The notes below the pieces were generated by a model. It was not told where the DNA came from, did no database searches, and saw nothing but the letters and a program-made list of their open reading frames with translations. Shown here one piece after another: positions 29,639 through 39,597 of a stretch of 64,000 bases of DNA. This stretch comes from Antechinus flavipes (Eukaryota). How positions within the stretch are numbered: the stretch's first letter is position 1; each line of letters begins with the position of its first letter. Both the position numbers and the translations under genes were made by a program. The DNA is taken from contig NC_067400.1 of assembly GCF_016432865.1 (NCBI RefSeq), forward strand, positions 623,782,001 to 623,846,000, given 5' to 3'.

Positions 29639-29656
29639 CTAGCGCCCCCTGGGGCG
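29639..29656 (-). promoter_or_regulatory. CTCF-like motif
   Basis: TAGCGCCCCCTGG matches the reverse complement of the CTCF core CCAGGGGGCGCTA at 13 of 13 positions. Confidence 0.6.
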
Positions 29657-30019
29657 GGGAGGGGACTTTCAGGGCCTCCTGGCTATGGCCTGGCCTGAAG
29701 AAAGGACCCGGCAGAGCTGGCCCGAGCTCCGGAGGCAGCGGGAGTGCAGGGGGGGCGAGCTCTGCCCGCGGGGCGTCCGAGCAGCTTCTCCCCCGGAGAA
29801 CCGGGACCGAGGCCTCCGCCTGTCTGTGTATCTACTGCCCCCCGCCCCCCGCCTCCAGCACAGAGCCTGGAGTAGGCGCTTATCATCCCTGCCTCATCCC
29901 CTGGAGAACCCGGGAAATGGGCACGTCCAGCCGCAGCTGGGGAGAGCCGGCCTAGAAGGCGGGCGTCTCCTTCCGGAAGGAGCCAGTGGCCGCAGAGCCG
30001 AGCACGTGGGGAGCGTGTG

Positions 30020-30358
30020 CCCCCCTGTGCCCGCCCCGCTGTGCCCGCCCCGCTGTGCCCGCGCCCCTGTGCCCGCCCCGCTGTGCCCGCGCCCCGCTGT
30101 GTCCGCCCCCTGTGCCTGCCCCCCTGTGCCTGCCCCCCTGTGTCCGCCCCCTGTGCCCGCCCCCTGTGCCCGCCCCCTTGTGCCGCGCCCTGCTGTGTCC
30201 GCCCCCTGTGCCTGCCCCCCTGTGTCTGCCCCCTGTGCCTGCCCCCCTGTGTCCGCCCCCTGTGCCCGCCCCCTGTGCCCGCGCCCCTGTGCCCGCCCCG
30301 CTGTGCCCGCCCCCCTGTGCCCACCCCGCTGTGCCCGCGCCCCTGTGCCCGCGCCCCT
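30020..30358. repeat. ~14-17-bp GC-rich minisatellite
   Basis: Repeated gccccctgtgccc / cgctgtgcccgc units; accounts for the Pro/Cys-rich ORFs. Confidence 0.95.
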
Positions 30359-30774
30359 CGCAGACGTGTTCGTTGGCAGAAGAGCCTGTGGCCTGGGACG
30401 TTTTGGTCCTTCCCGAATTTGCCTCTTATTGAGTAAGCGGTGACTTGTTTATTGGGGTTATCACCGCCCGGGCCTCACTGGTCTATGCCGCGTTAATGGC
30501 GCCGGGCACCGAGACGCACAGTGGGGGGCAGGGGCGGACCCCACTCCCGGGGAATTTCGCTGAGTTCCGGGTCGGGACCACAGCCGACGAAGGGTCCTGC
30601 TGAGTGGGAGGGGAGGGCTGAAAAGTTGTTCATGGAAGAGCCCGTGGCTCAGGACTCAAAATGAGCCACCGGGAGCCCGGCAGGGGAGGATGCGCCGGCC
30701 AGCCAGGGGGTGAGAACGGCGCAGGGCGCACTGTGGGCTACACAGGCGGTCATCTGGGCGTGGTCCCAGTTTCT

Positions 30775-31060
30775 CTTCATTAACACACATTTTTATTTAC
30801 AAAACACACGCAGGGGTAATTTCTCCCCATTGACCTCTGCACAACCTTCTGAGCCAAACTTTTCCCTCCTTTCCCCCACCCCCTCCCCAGAGGGCAGGAG
30901 GTCCAATCCGTCTTAAATATGTTGAAATATATGTATACATGGATACATACTTACGCAGTTATCTTGCTGCACCAAAAAAAATCAGATCTAGAAAGAAAAG
31001 AAAAAAAAACCTGAGAAGGAAAACAAAATGCAAGCAAATATCCCCAGAAAGTGTGAAAAT
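30775..31060 (-). mobile_element. Older L1 3'-UTR remnant
   Basis: Diverged similarity to the younger L1 3' ends in the window; boundaries approximate. Confidence 0.55.
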
Positions 31061-31244
31061 GCTGGTTTCCGCTCTCACAGGCCTCTGTATGTGGCTTTCT
31101 TCCTCACTACACGGCTCCATTTTCTGAGAAAAGTTTGTGGCTGTGGGCAACGAGCCAGTACTCTGCCCTTGACCAGATGTAACCAAGGGAGCCGGCTCCC
31201 CATCTTTAATTCTTTTCCAATTGACTGCTGGACTTTGTACCAGG

Positions 31245-31475
31245 GACATTGCTAGGTGGCACAGCAGATAAGGCACCAAATCTGGACTCAGGGAGACCTC
31301 AGCTCAAATCCAGCCTTAGTAGCTGCTTGATCCTGGACAAATCACTTAACCCCGTGTGCCTCAGTTTCCTCATCTGTGAAATGATCTAAGAAAGAAAATG
31401 GCAAAACCGTTCCAGGATCTTTGCCAATCTTGTCCCCAAAGGGGCCACAAAGAGTCAGTAGGACTGAACAATCAA
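31245..31475 (+). mobile_element. MAR1-like CORE-SINE
   Basis: tRNA-like head, CORE cctcagtttcctcatctgt and RTE-like tail (gaaaatggcaaaacc...ggggccacaaagagtcag). Confidence 0.75.
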
Positions 31476-31718
31476 CACATTTAGTTGTATTTTTTAATTC
31501 CATGGTTTTTAGAATAAATATTACTCCTAGGAAATGTGCAAAAGTTGCAGCTGTTAAAGAGTATACATCAATCGATGATGGTTAGAAATATTGCAAATGG
31601 CCGTTGGTATGGAAAAGTTGAGCATTTCAAAGATTATTCAAACAGGATCAATTGTCCTAAAACACAAATGAAAGCAGTTGATTAAAAAAAAATTTTTTTT
31701 ACAAGAACTGGCCAACTA

Positions 31719-32352
31719 TAGAAGCAGGAAAATGAAAGGATGCCCATCCATTGGAGAATGGCTGGGTAAATTGTGGTATATGAACGTTATGGAATATTAT
31801 TGTTCTGTAAGGAACGACCAGCAGGATGAATACAGAGAGGACTGGCAAGACTTACATGAACTGATGCTGAGTGAGATGAGCAAAACCAGGAGATCACTTT
31901 ACATTTCGACAACGATATTGTATGAGGACGTATTCTGATGGAAGTGGATCTCTTCGATAAAGAGAGCTAATTCAGTTTCAATGGATCAAGGATGGACAGA
32001 AGCAGCTACACCCAAAGAAAGAACACTGGGAAATGAATGTAAACTGCTTGCATTTTTGTTTTTCTTCCCGGGTTATTTCTACCTTCTGAATCCCATTCTC
32101 CCTGTGCAACAAGAGAACTGTTAGGTTCTGCAAACATATACTGTATCTAAGATATACTGCAACCTATCTAACATGTAAAGGACTGCTTGCCATCTGGGGG
32201 AGGGGGGGGAGGGAGAGAGGGAAAAAATCAGAACAGAAGTGAATGCAAGGGATAATGCTGTAAATAATTACCCTGGCATGGGTTCTGTCAATAAAAAGTT
32301 TTAAAAAATAAAAAAAATAAAATAAAAAAAATACATTAAAAAAAAAAAAAAA
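31719..32352 (+). mobile_element. 5'-truncated L1 (ORF2 C-terminus, 3' UTR, poly-A) with perfect 16-bp TSD
   Basis: Encodes CPSIGEWLGKLWYMNVMEYY. TSD AAGAACTGGCCAACTA at 31703-31718 and 32353-32368. Confidence 0.95.
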
Positions 32353-32819
32353 AAGAACTGGCCAACTAGTTTCCTGCAAAGTAGCCTAACTAATCCTCAG
32401 GAAACAAAAGGGACCTGCTGGAGAGGATGTTATAGGTCCGTCCACAGGCAAACTTCCAGAAGTTGCCAGAACAATACAAAGGTCGGGGAGAAGGGGACAA
32501 CTGCTAGTCACTGCTGTGAAGAAACTACACTTGTGGGCAATTTCATAAAAGGTCATCTTGATTGACAAAAGTTTCTTGTTTTATCCAAAACTATTGTCAG
32601 AAGTCCAGGAAAACCTGAAAAATCCCCACATTCCTACTCACCATGACCACCAACACCCCAAAAATATGAGTTAGGGTTTGTTTTGTTTTGTTTTTCCGGC
32701 TCTAAGGAAAAGTCTTGTCCCCACTGAGGGAATGAATTCAGAAAAATACATTAAAAAGCAAAGTTGTCCCAAGATGACAGAAATTGTCCAATGTGGAAAC
32801 CTCAACACAGCCGTGCCCT

Positions 32820-33335
32820 ATGGCACAAGTTAAGAAATGTGCCCAATAGGTGACTGTTATGGAATATTATTGTTCTGTAAGAAACGACCAGCGGGATAAT
32901 TTCAGAGAGGCCTGGAGAGACTGGCAGGAACTGATGCTGGTAAAAGGACACGGTACACAGCAACAAGATTATGTGACGATCAACTGATGGACGTGGCTCT
33001 GTTCGAGGGGATTCGGGCCAAGTCCAATAGACTTGTGATGAGCGAGCCTTCAGCAGCCAGAGAGAGACTGTGGGGACGGAGTGTGGAGCCCAACAGCATT
33101 TTCACTTGTTTGCTGTTGTTTGCTTGCTTTTTTCTTTGTCATTTTTTTCCTTTTTGATTGGATTTTTCTTGTGCAGCATGATACATGTGGAAATATGTTT
33201 AGAAGAATTACACAAGTTTAACCTATATCGGATTATTCGTTGTCTAGAGGAGGCAGTTGGGGGGAACGGAGGGAGAAAGTTTTGAAACACAAGATTTAAT
33301 GTTGAAAGCTATCTTCACATGTATTTTGAAAATAA
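32820..33335 (+). mobile_element. Older L1 3' fragment
   Basis: tatggaatattattgttctgtaagaaacgaccagc and downstream 3'-UTR similarity to the neighbouring L1. Confidence 0.7.
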
Positions 33336-33341
33336 AAAGCT

Positions 33342-33500
33342 AGGGAAAAGCTAGGTAGCACGATGCATAGAGCACCAGCCCCGAAGTCTGGAGGACCTGA
33401 GTTTAAATCTGACCTTAGACACTTGACACTTCCTAGCTGCGTGACCCTGGGCAAGTCACTTAACCCCAATTGGCTCAGCAAAAAAAAAAAAGAAAAAGAA
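33342..33500 (+). mobile_element. WSINE1-like tRNA-derived SINE
   Basis: gctaggtagcac...gatagagcaccagccc...gtgaccctgggcaagtcacttaaccccaattg followed by an A-rich tail. Confidence 0.85.
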
Positions 33501-33664
33501 GAAAGAAAAGAAAAAAGCTATTATTAAAGATTTTTAAAACATACCCAAGAAGTGAGGGTAAACATATTTCCATGGCCTGGAAACTCATTTGATTCAGATC
33601 CATTGTTTTCTAGTGTTGTCATCCTGTGTCCTCTTCTTGATCCCATTTGTTTTTTTGGTTTTTT

Positions 33665-34400
33665 TGTTTTGTTTTTTGGCAAAGATGCTGCAGCAGTTTG
33701 CCATTTTCTTCTTTAGCTTATTTTACAGATGAGGAAACTGAGCTAAAGAGAATTAGTGCCTTGCCTAGGACCCCGCCACTAGTGTCTGAGATCAAATCTG
33801 AATTCACCCAGCAGCCCAAATCCCATTTGGCTTTGTCCACACCATGAGTCCAAGCCCTCTCTTACACTGGTGGCCATCTTTGGCCATTGTTCAGTACAAC
33901 AAATAAAGATGTATTCGATTCCTACTGTGTTCCAGGCACTAAGCGCCAGGGATCCAAAAAGAAGCAAAGGCGGTCCCCGCCGTCGTGACTCAATTCCCAG
34001 GTTGTTCGAAGTTGCTCATCTTTGTGGTGTTGCTGTCATTGCACAAATGCTCCTCCTGGGCTGTTCGGGACGTCTGCCCAGGTCCCTCTAAAACCTCCTT
34101 CTGGGCCATTTCTTGGGGTGCGAGAGCATCGTTTTGCATCGGTTTGTGGTTTTCTTCAGGCGCCCGGCCCAGCCACCCATGACCTTCCTCATCTTCCTTC
34201 AAGTCCCAGCTAAACTCATACCTCCCACAACCACCCTGTGGATTCTCTCTGGTTTATCCTACTGACACAAAGTTGTTTGCAGGCTGTCTCCTTCATTAGA
34301 GTGGGAGCTCCTCGAGGACAGGGACAGTCTTTAACCTTTCCTTGTATCCCTGGTGCTGAACCCAGTGCCTGGCACTTAGTAGGTGCTCAATAAATGCTTA
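33665..34400. mobile_element. MAR1-like SINE (minus) followed by L2 fragments
   Basis: ttttacagatgaggaaactgag core, then the L2 3' end cagtgcctggcacttagtaggtgctcaataaatg near 34365-34397. Confidence 0.65.
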
Positions 34401-34479
34401 GGCGCACACACACTGTCTAATTTCCAGTTCCTTGTCTCCTCAGAGAAGGCTCTGTGCTCTCCGAGCAGAGCAGAATTAA

Positions 34480-34655
34480 ACGTAAGTTAGTCCAAACGTT
34501 CGCGTGGACTTGGGGTGTCCGACCTGTGGCGGGGCACCCCGAGCTCGCGCCGGCCCCATCAGCCAGACGGACACGCCATAACTCGACTCTACCGTGGCGA
34601 CGCCATTGTGGTCCTCTTCCAGAACGAAGGACAACCGGCAGCGCTTTCCTGCGCT
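34480..34655 (+). mobile_element. RTE-type LINE/SINE 3' fragment
   Basis: ccattgtggtcctcttccagaacgaaggacaac resembles the marsupial RTE 3' end (from memory). Confidence 0.5.
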
Positions 34656-34699
34656 ATCTTCCCCCCTTAGAAGCTGAGGGTCTCGAAGGCAGGGTCTTT

Positions 34700-35285
34700 C
34701 TCCCCTGCTGCTCCCATTTGTGTCTGGAGAATGAGCCCTCAGAGCTCCCTGGGAGTCCTTAAGACCCTTTCGGAAGGTCTGCAACGGCAAGACCATTTTC
34801 CTCATGATACTAAGACATTATTTACCTACGAGAACACGCTTCCCTTTTCCAGCTCCACGTCTGTGTGAGACTGGCAGAAGCAGAAGCAGATATGAGAACC
34901 CAACTGCCCTTCTGGGAGCCAGGCATTAGAGAGATTTGTACCGACCTATAGCACAATGAGCGCTCTTCGGCCTGGGTTTTTTTTTTAATTTGGAAGTTAT
35001 AGTGGTTTTTTTTACTCAACATGTAATAGATTGATTATTATTTTATGCAAATCAATATAATTATTAAATCCACTGTGTATATTATATATTAAATGTTAAT
35101 TATTAAAAATATATCAGTTTCTATTTCTAATAGAAACTATTACTTATTATTTACTATTTTACTATTCACTATTATTTCCGTATTTCTAATATGGTAAGAG
35201 ATAAAACCCCCGTTAGCCAGAAAGCTTGTGATTTTTCTGAGAGTGTAAAGGGTCCTGAGATGGAAAAGTTTGCAAGCCCCTGACC
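34700..35285. mobile_element. Probable hAT/Charlie-type non-autonomous DNA transposon remnant
   Basis: Right end aaaagtttgcaagcccctg resembles a hAT TIR and the interior is AT-rich. The left TIR is not clearly seen. Confidence 0.45.
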
Positions 35286-35700
35286 TAGAGCCTAACATGA
35301 TGTTCTAAGGTAGTGAGCATGTGGGGTCCACTCTCCCGTTCATTCATTTACACCAAGAGGTTGAGCCTTGCCCAGGGCCACGAGGGGAACGTCTGAGGTG
35401 AGTCCCGACCGCCCTCTGGGCACTGGGCCCCTGCTGCCAGGCGGGCAGAGGGAGGGCCGAGAGGAGCCCGGGATGGACAGCCGAGAGGACCCTGGGGGGC
35501 GGAGAACGCGAAGGGAAGCCGAGGATGCAGAGAAATGTGGACAGATGGACGGAGCCCGAGGTGTGGCCTGCGGGACTTGGAGGAAGGCAGCACCCGGCTC
35601 CCCCGCCCCCTCCCCCCTACCCCACCACAAACACAGCCCACTCCGGCCGGTCTTGACCTTTTATTCCACAAGCCAGAAGCAGGGCTGGGACCCCGGGGGC

Positions 35701-37142
35701 TCACGCCGGGGCCTCCCCAGGCCGGGGCTGCTTCCTCCTGCTCCACCACCTGACCAGGGTCTTGGTCCCCCACCTTCCGAAGAAGAGCAGACTCAGCCCC
35801 GCCAGGCTCAGCTGGGCCAGGTTGAAGAAGAAGGCAGGAGAGACAACGTGGCGCGCGGCTCTCACTTCGGAGTGGGGGGACAAAGGATTCAGAGCTGGGG
35901 GTGCTCCCCACACACAGAAGTGACGCCCTGAGGGGCTCAACCCCTCTCCGAGCCCGCGTCAAGGCCAGGAAAGGCCGGGCCGGGCTCGGGCCACTGCTGA
36001 GTGCGGACCCCAGCGTCTGGGAGCTCTGAGGCCGGGGTCCCGTTCTCCCCCTCCCTGGGGCGGAGGGGCTCTCACCTGTCATCTCCAGCATCAGCGCCTT
36101 GCTGGGGTGAGACCAGAGGTATGGGGAGAAGGGGGAGTGCCCGTAGCAGTAGTAGGGACCCACATGGTCCTGGGTCATTGCCTGGATCCGGAAGCTGATC
36201 ACAGAGCGACTGCTGTTCATCCTCAGGAGGGGCCTGCGCTCCCGGGCCACGGCAAAGTGGGGGAGACCCAGGTGGGACTGGCAGAGCAAGGCCACGCTCC
36301 TCCCCCCGGCCACCGCCCGGCCCAGCTCGGCCCAGAAGGCAGGCGGGGGGTACAGCCCTGCGGAGAGACAAAGCCGGGAGCTGGGCCGCCAGGGGGCTGG
36401 CTGCTCTCAGATGGGGCTCCGGGGAAGGGGCTGGGGGAGCCGGCCTTGGGGAGGGGCTCGGGGGAAGGGGCTGGGGGGCCATCAGGGAGCCCACCTTGGG
36501 GAGGGGCTCGGGGCTCACCCGTCACCACCAGCTCCACGGGCAGACTGGGTCTGGACCAGGAGGCCTTGTACAGGTAGCGGCAGGTGTAGAGGCCCCCGGA
36601 GGCCTCTGAGATGTGGCCGATGAAAAAGGAGACCTGGTTCCAGAAGAAGAAGCTGTTTGGCGCCTTTTCGCCCAGACTGGTGAGGACGCCTTCCTTCTGC
36701 AGCCGGAAGCGGCTGGCCTAGACTGGAGCCGAGCACTGCAGGGCCATGTAGGAGCCCCTCCGGACCAGCGGGGAGGGCTCCACAGAGAGGACCGGCCTGT
36801 GGGACCCTGGAGTGGAAGGGAGTCAGAGCTGGGGGCTCCGGGAGAGGCCCACCCCCATCCCCACACAGCCCCCCTGGGAGGTGGAGGAGAACCACGCCAG
36901 GGCCGAGGGAGCTGCTGCTGGGGCTGAGGACTCACCCTCCGGGGACCTCTGGTTCTGGCCCAGACACAGCCCTGCAGGAGAGGCCCCCAAGAGTCGGCTA
37001 GTTCCCCTCGTGCCCCCGCCCGAGCGCCCCGCGCCCCCCACCCCAGCTCCCCTCCCAGGGCCCGGGCCAGTACTGCAGTGACCGCCCGGTGAGGGGCCCG
37101 GGTCTCACCAAGGCAGAGCAGGACGCAGAGCCCCGGCCCCAT
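35701..37142 (-). pseudogene. Two-Ig-domain LRC-type receptor (FCAR/GP6/LILRA/NCR1-like architecture) with one premature stop
   Basis: Signal exon 37142-37109 (34 nt, MGPGLCVLLCLG); mini-exon 36971-36936 (36 nt); Ig1 36806-36519 (SHRPVLSVEPSPLVRRGSYMALQCSAPV*ASRFRLQKEG...LYTCRYLYKASWSRPSLPVELVVT); Ig2 36357-36076 (GLYPPPAFWAELG...LLCQ...YYCYGHSPFSPYLWSHPSKALMLEMT); probable TM/tail exon 35864-35701. All junctions are phase 1. TAG at 36720-36718. Minus-strand AATAAA at 35660-35665. Confidence 0.85.
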
Positions 37143-37166
37143 GCTCTTGGCCAAGCTGAAGCCCGG

Positions 37167-37535
37167 GGGGATGGGGAGCACCCGGGCCCGTGGGGGGGGG
37201 GGAGCACCCGGGCCCGTGGGGGAGGGGGAGCACCCGGGCCCGTGGGGGAGGGGGCACCAGGGCCCGTGGGGGGGGGGAGCACCGGGCCCGTGGGGGAGGG
37301 GGCACCAGGGCCCGTGGGGGGGGGGAGCACCGGGCCCGTGGGGGAGGGGGAGCACCCGGGCCCGTGGGGGGGGGAGCACCCGGGCCGTGGGGGGGGGGAG
37401 CACCCGGGCCCGTGGGGGAGGGGGAGCACCCGGGCCCGTGGGGGGGGGGAGCACCCGGGCCCGTGGGGGGGGGAGCACCCGGCCCGTGGGGGGGGGGAGC
37501 ACCCGGGCCCGTGGGGGAGGGGGCACCAGGGCCCT
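37167..37535. repeat. G-rich ~27-bp minisatellite directly upstream of the Ig-receptor ATG
   Basis: Repeated ggggagcacccgggcccgtggg(g)n, about 13 copies. Confidence 0.95.
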
Positions 37536-38546
37536 GCCATTGGCCTTGACTTCCCCCACATGACCGGCCCCGCGCTACCACGACCAGCCACCCGGGGGCG
37601 CTGCGGGGCAAGTCCCGCCCTGCGCTGTTGGCGGAGTTGGGGACTGATCCCCGTCCCGGACGCAGGGGGGGCTCTGGGCAAGCGCCGTGGGGCCGCGTGT
37701 GCGAGGGGCCCCGCTGCCGGCTCTGCCTCCCTGAGAGACCAGAGGAAAGCGGGGCGCGCCCGCTCGCACGGAGACGGTGACAGCGGCGGCGCCCCCGGAG
37801 GCCGGGTCTCCGAACCGGAGAAAGGCAAAGGCTCCTCCCCAGCGGGTGCTCAGAGCCATCCCGCCCCCCGCCCCCCACTTCTCCCCCCCTTTCCCCACCC
37901 CCCCGTCACACCTTCTCATCTCCTTGGAGCCAGGGCTGGCTTCTGGAAAGGGCCAGAGGGATCACGGCCATGTTCCCCGGCCAGCCCCCGGGACCCTTCC
38001 CGGAAAGCGCGCTCAGGTTTCCCAGTGAACAAGAAGCTCTAGACCCCTGGTGCTGGGCTTGGCCCCCGGGTACCCGGCTGCTTCTGCTCCGCGCCCCCTC
38101 CTCTTCCCGCTGTCCCCCCAGACACGCCCACTCCTTTCCTCTGGCCCCTCGGAGGCCGCCCTCCTCACCGGATCCTGCTGGAGGGCGTCCGTCCCCCCGG
38201 GCCATCCTCTCCGCTCAGATGTCCCAGGGCCCTTCCCAAGGCCGGCTCTGACCCTTCGGGCACCTCCGGGAACAAGCGCAAAATCCTCTGCTTCCCGTTT
38301 GGAGCAAACGCGCGAGGCAGCCCCCCCCCAGGACCACCAGTGAGGCTGGCCTCCGACAAAGCCTCCCAGCTTCAGACGGTTTCTGACACCGGGCTCCATG
38401 TTGGGCACCCACCCACCTCCCTCTCCTGGTCTTCCTCTAGTCCCGTTAAACCCCCCAGGGACAGGAAGCCTCTTCTGATCTTTAATGCTAGTCCCTGCCC
38501 AAGCTGCAATGGCATTTTCTCCAGTCCTGAATATGTTCCTTTTTCA

Positions 38547-39130
38547 TAACCCCCCAGCAGGCCGTGGGCTCCATGTGTAACCCCCAGCAGGCCACGGGCT
38601 CCATGTGTAATCCCCAGCAGGCCACAGGCTCCTTTGTAACCCCCAGCAAGCCACAGGCTCCTTTGTAACCCCCAGCAGGCCACAGGCTCTGTGTGTAACC
38701 CCCAACAGGCCGTGGGTTCCATGTGTAACCCCCAGCAGGCCACGGGCTCCATGTGTAACCCCCAGCAGGCCACAGGCTCCTTTGTAACCCCCAACAGGCT
38801 GCAGGCTCCATGTGTAACCCCCAGCAGGCCACGGGCTCCATGTGTAACCCCCAACAGGCTGCGGGCTCCATGTGGTAACCCCCAGCAGGCCATGGGCTCT
38901 GTGTGTAACCCCCAGCAGGCTTCAGGCTTCATGGGTAACCCCCAATAGGCCAGGTGTCCATGTGGTAACCCCCAGCAGGCCACAGGCTCCTTTGTAACCC
39001 CCAACAGGCCGTGGGTTCCATGTGTAACCCCCAGCAGGCCACAGGCTCCTTTGTAACCCCCAACAGGCCGCAGGCTCCGTGGGTAACCTCAGCAGGCTGT
39101 GGGCTCCATATATAACCCACAACAGGCCGG
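38547..39130. repeat. 29/30-bp minisatellite with two interspersed unit types
   Basis: taacccccagcaggccacgggctccatgtg (30 bp) and taacccccagcaggccacaggctcctttg (29 bp); about 19-20 copies. Confidence 0.95.
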
Positions 39131-39394
39131 GGCTCCTTGAAGGTAGGGAGTGTTTGTTCAGAGGAGCTGCCTTTTTTTCTTTTTGAACATCTCCAGTGCT
39201 TGGGGCAGTGGTTTGGGGCTGAGGGCTGACAGGGGCCATAACCACGCTGGGGGGTTGGGGGAATCGGCCATCAGGAAGGATCTGGCCCCGTTCCCCCCCA
39301 CTCCCCCACCCCGTATATTTACACCTTTTATTTCCTCGAAGAGCCCTCACCTCCCCCTCCCTCAGAGAGCCATCCCAGGAACAAATAAAAAGGC

Positions 39395-39597
39395 AGGGGG
39401 AGAGAGAGAGGAAGAGGGGGAGAGAGAGAGGAAGAGGGGGAGAGAGGAAGAGGGGGGGAGAGAGAGGAAGAGGGGGAGAGAGAGGAAGAGGGGGAGAGAG
39501 AGAGAGGAAGAGGGGGAGAGAAAGGAAGAGGGGGAGAGAGAGGAAGAGGGGGGGAGAGAGAGGAAGAGGGGGAGAGAGAGAGGAAGAGCGGGAGGGC
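39395..39597. repeat. Polypurine GA-rich array
   Basis: Repeated gagagagaggaagagggg; almost no pyrimidines on the + strand. Confidence 0.95.

Noticed and set aside
29683-30443. Cys/Pro-rich ORFs resembling keratin-associated or metallothionein-like proteins
   Set aside because: Translation of the 14-17-bp array; several frames on both strands are open and no gene structure is visible.
33342-33500. tRNA-like A/B boxes suggesting tRNA genes (also 58438 and 42699)
   Set aside because: They are heads of tRNA-derived SINEs with CORE sequence and A-rich tails; no cloverleaf.
38120-38345. Acceptor followed by DTPTPFLWP...LRCP, resembling an Ig exon start on the plus strand
   Set aside because: Cysteine spacing is wrong and there is no second Cys/YxC motif, signal exon or donor; too weak to call a decayed Ig exon, though a translated HMM search would be decisive.
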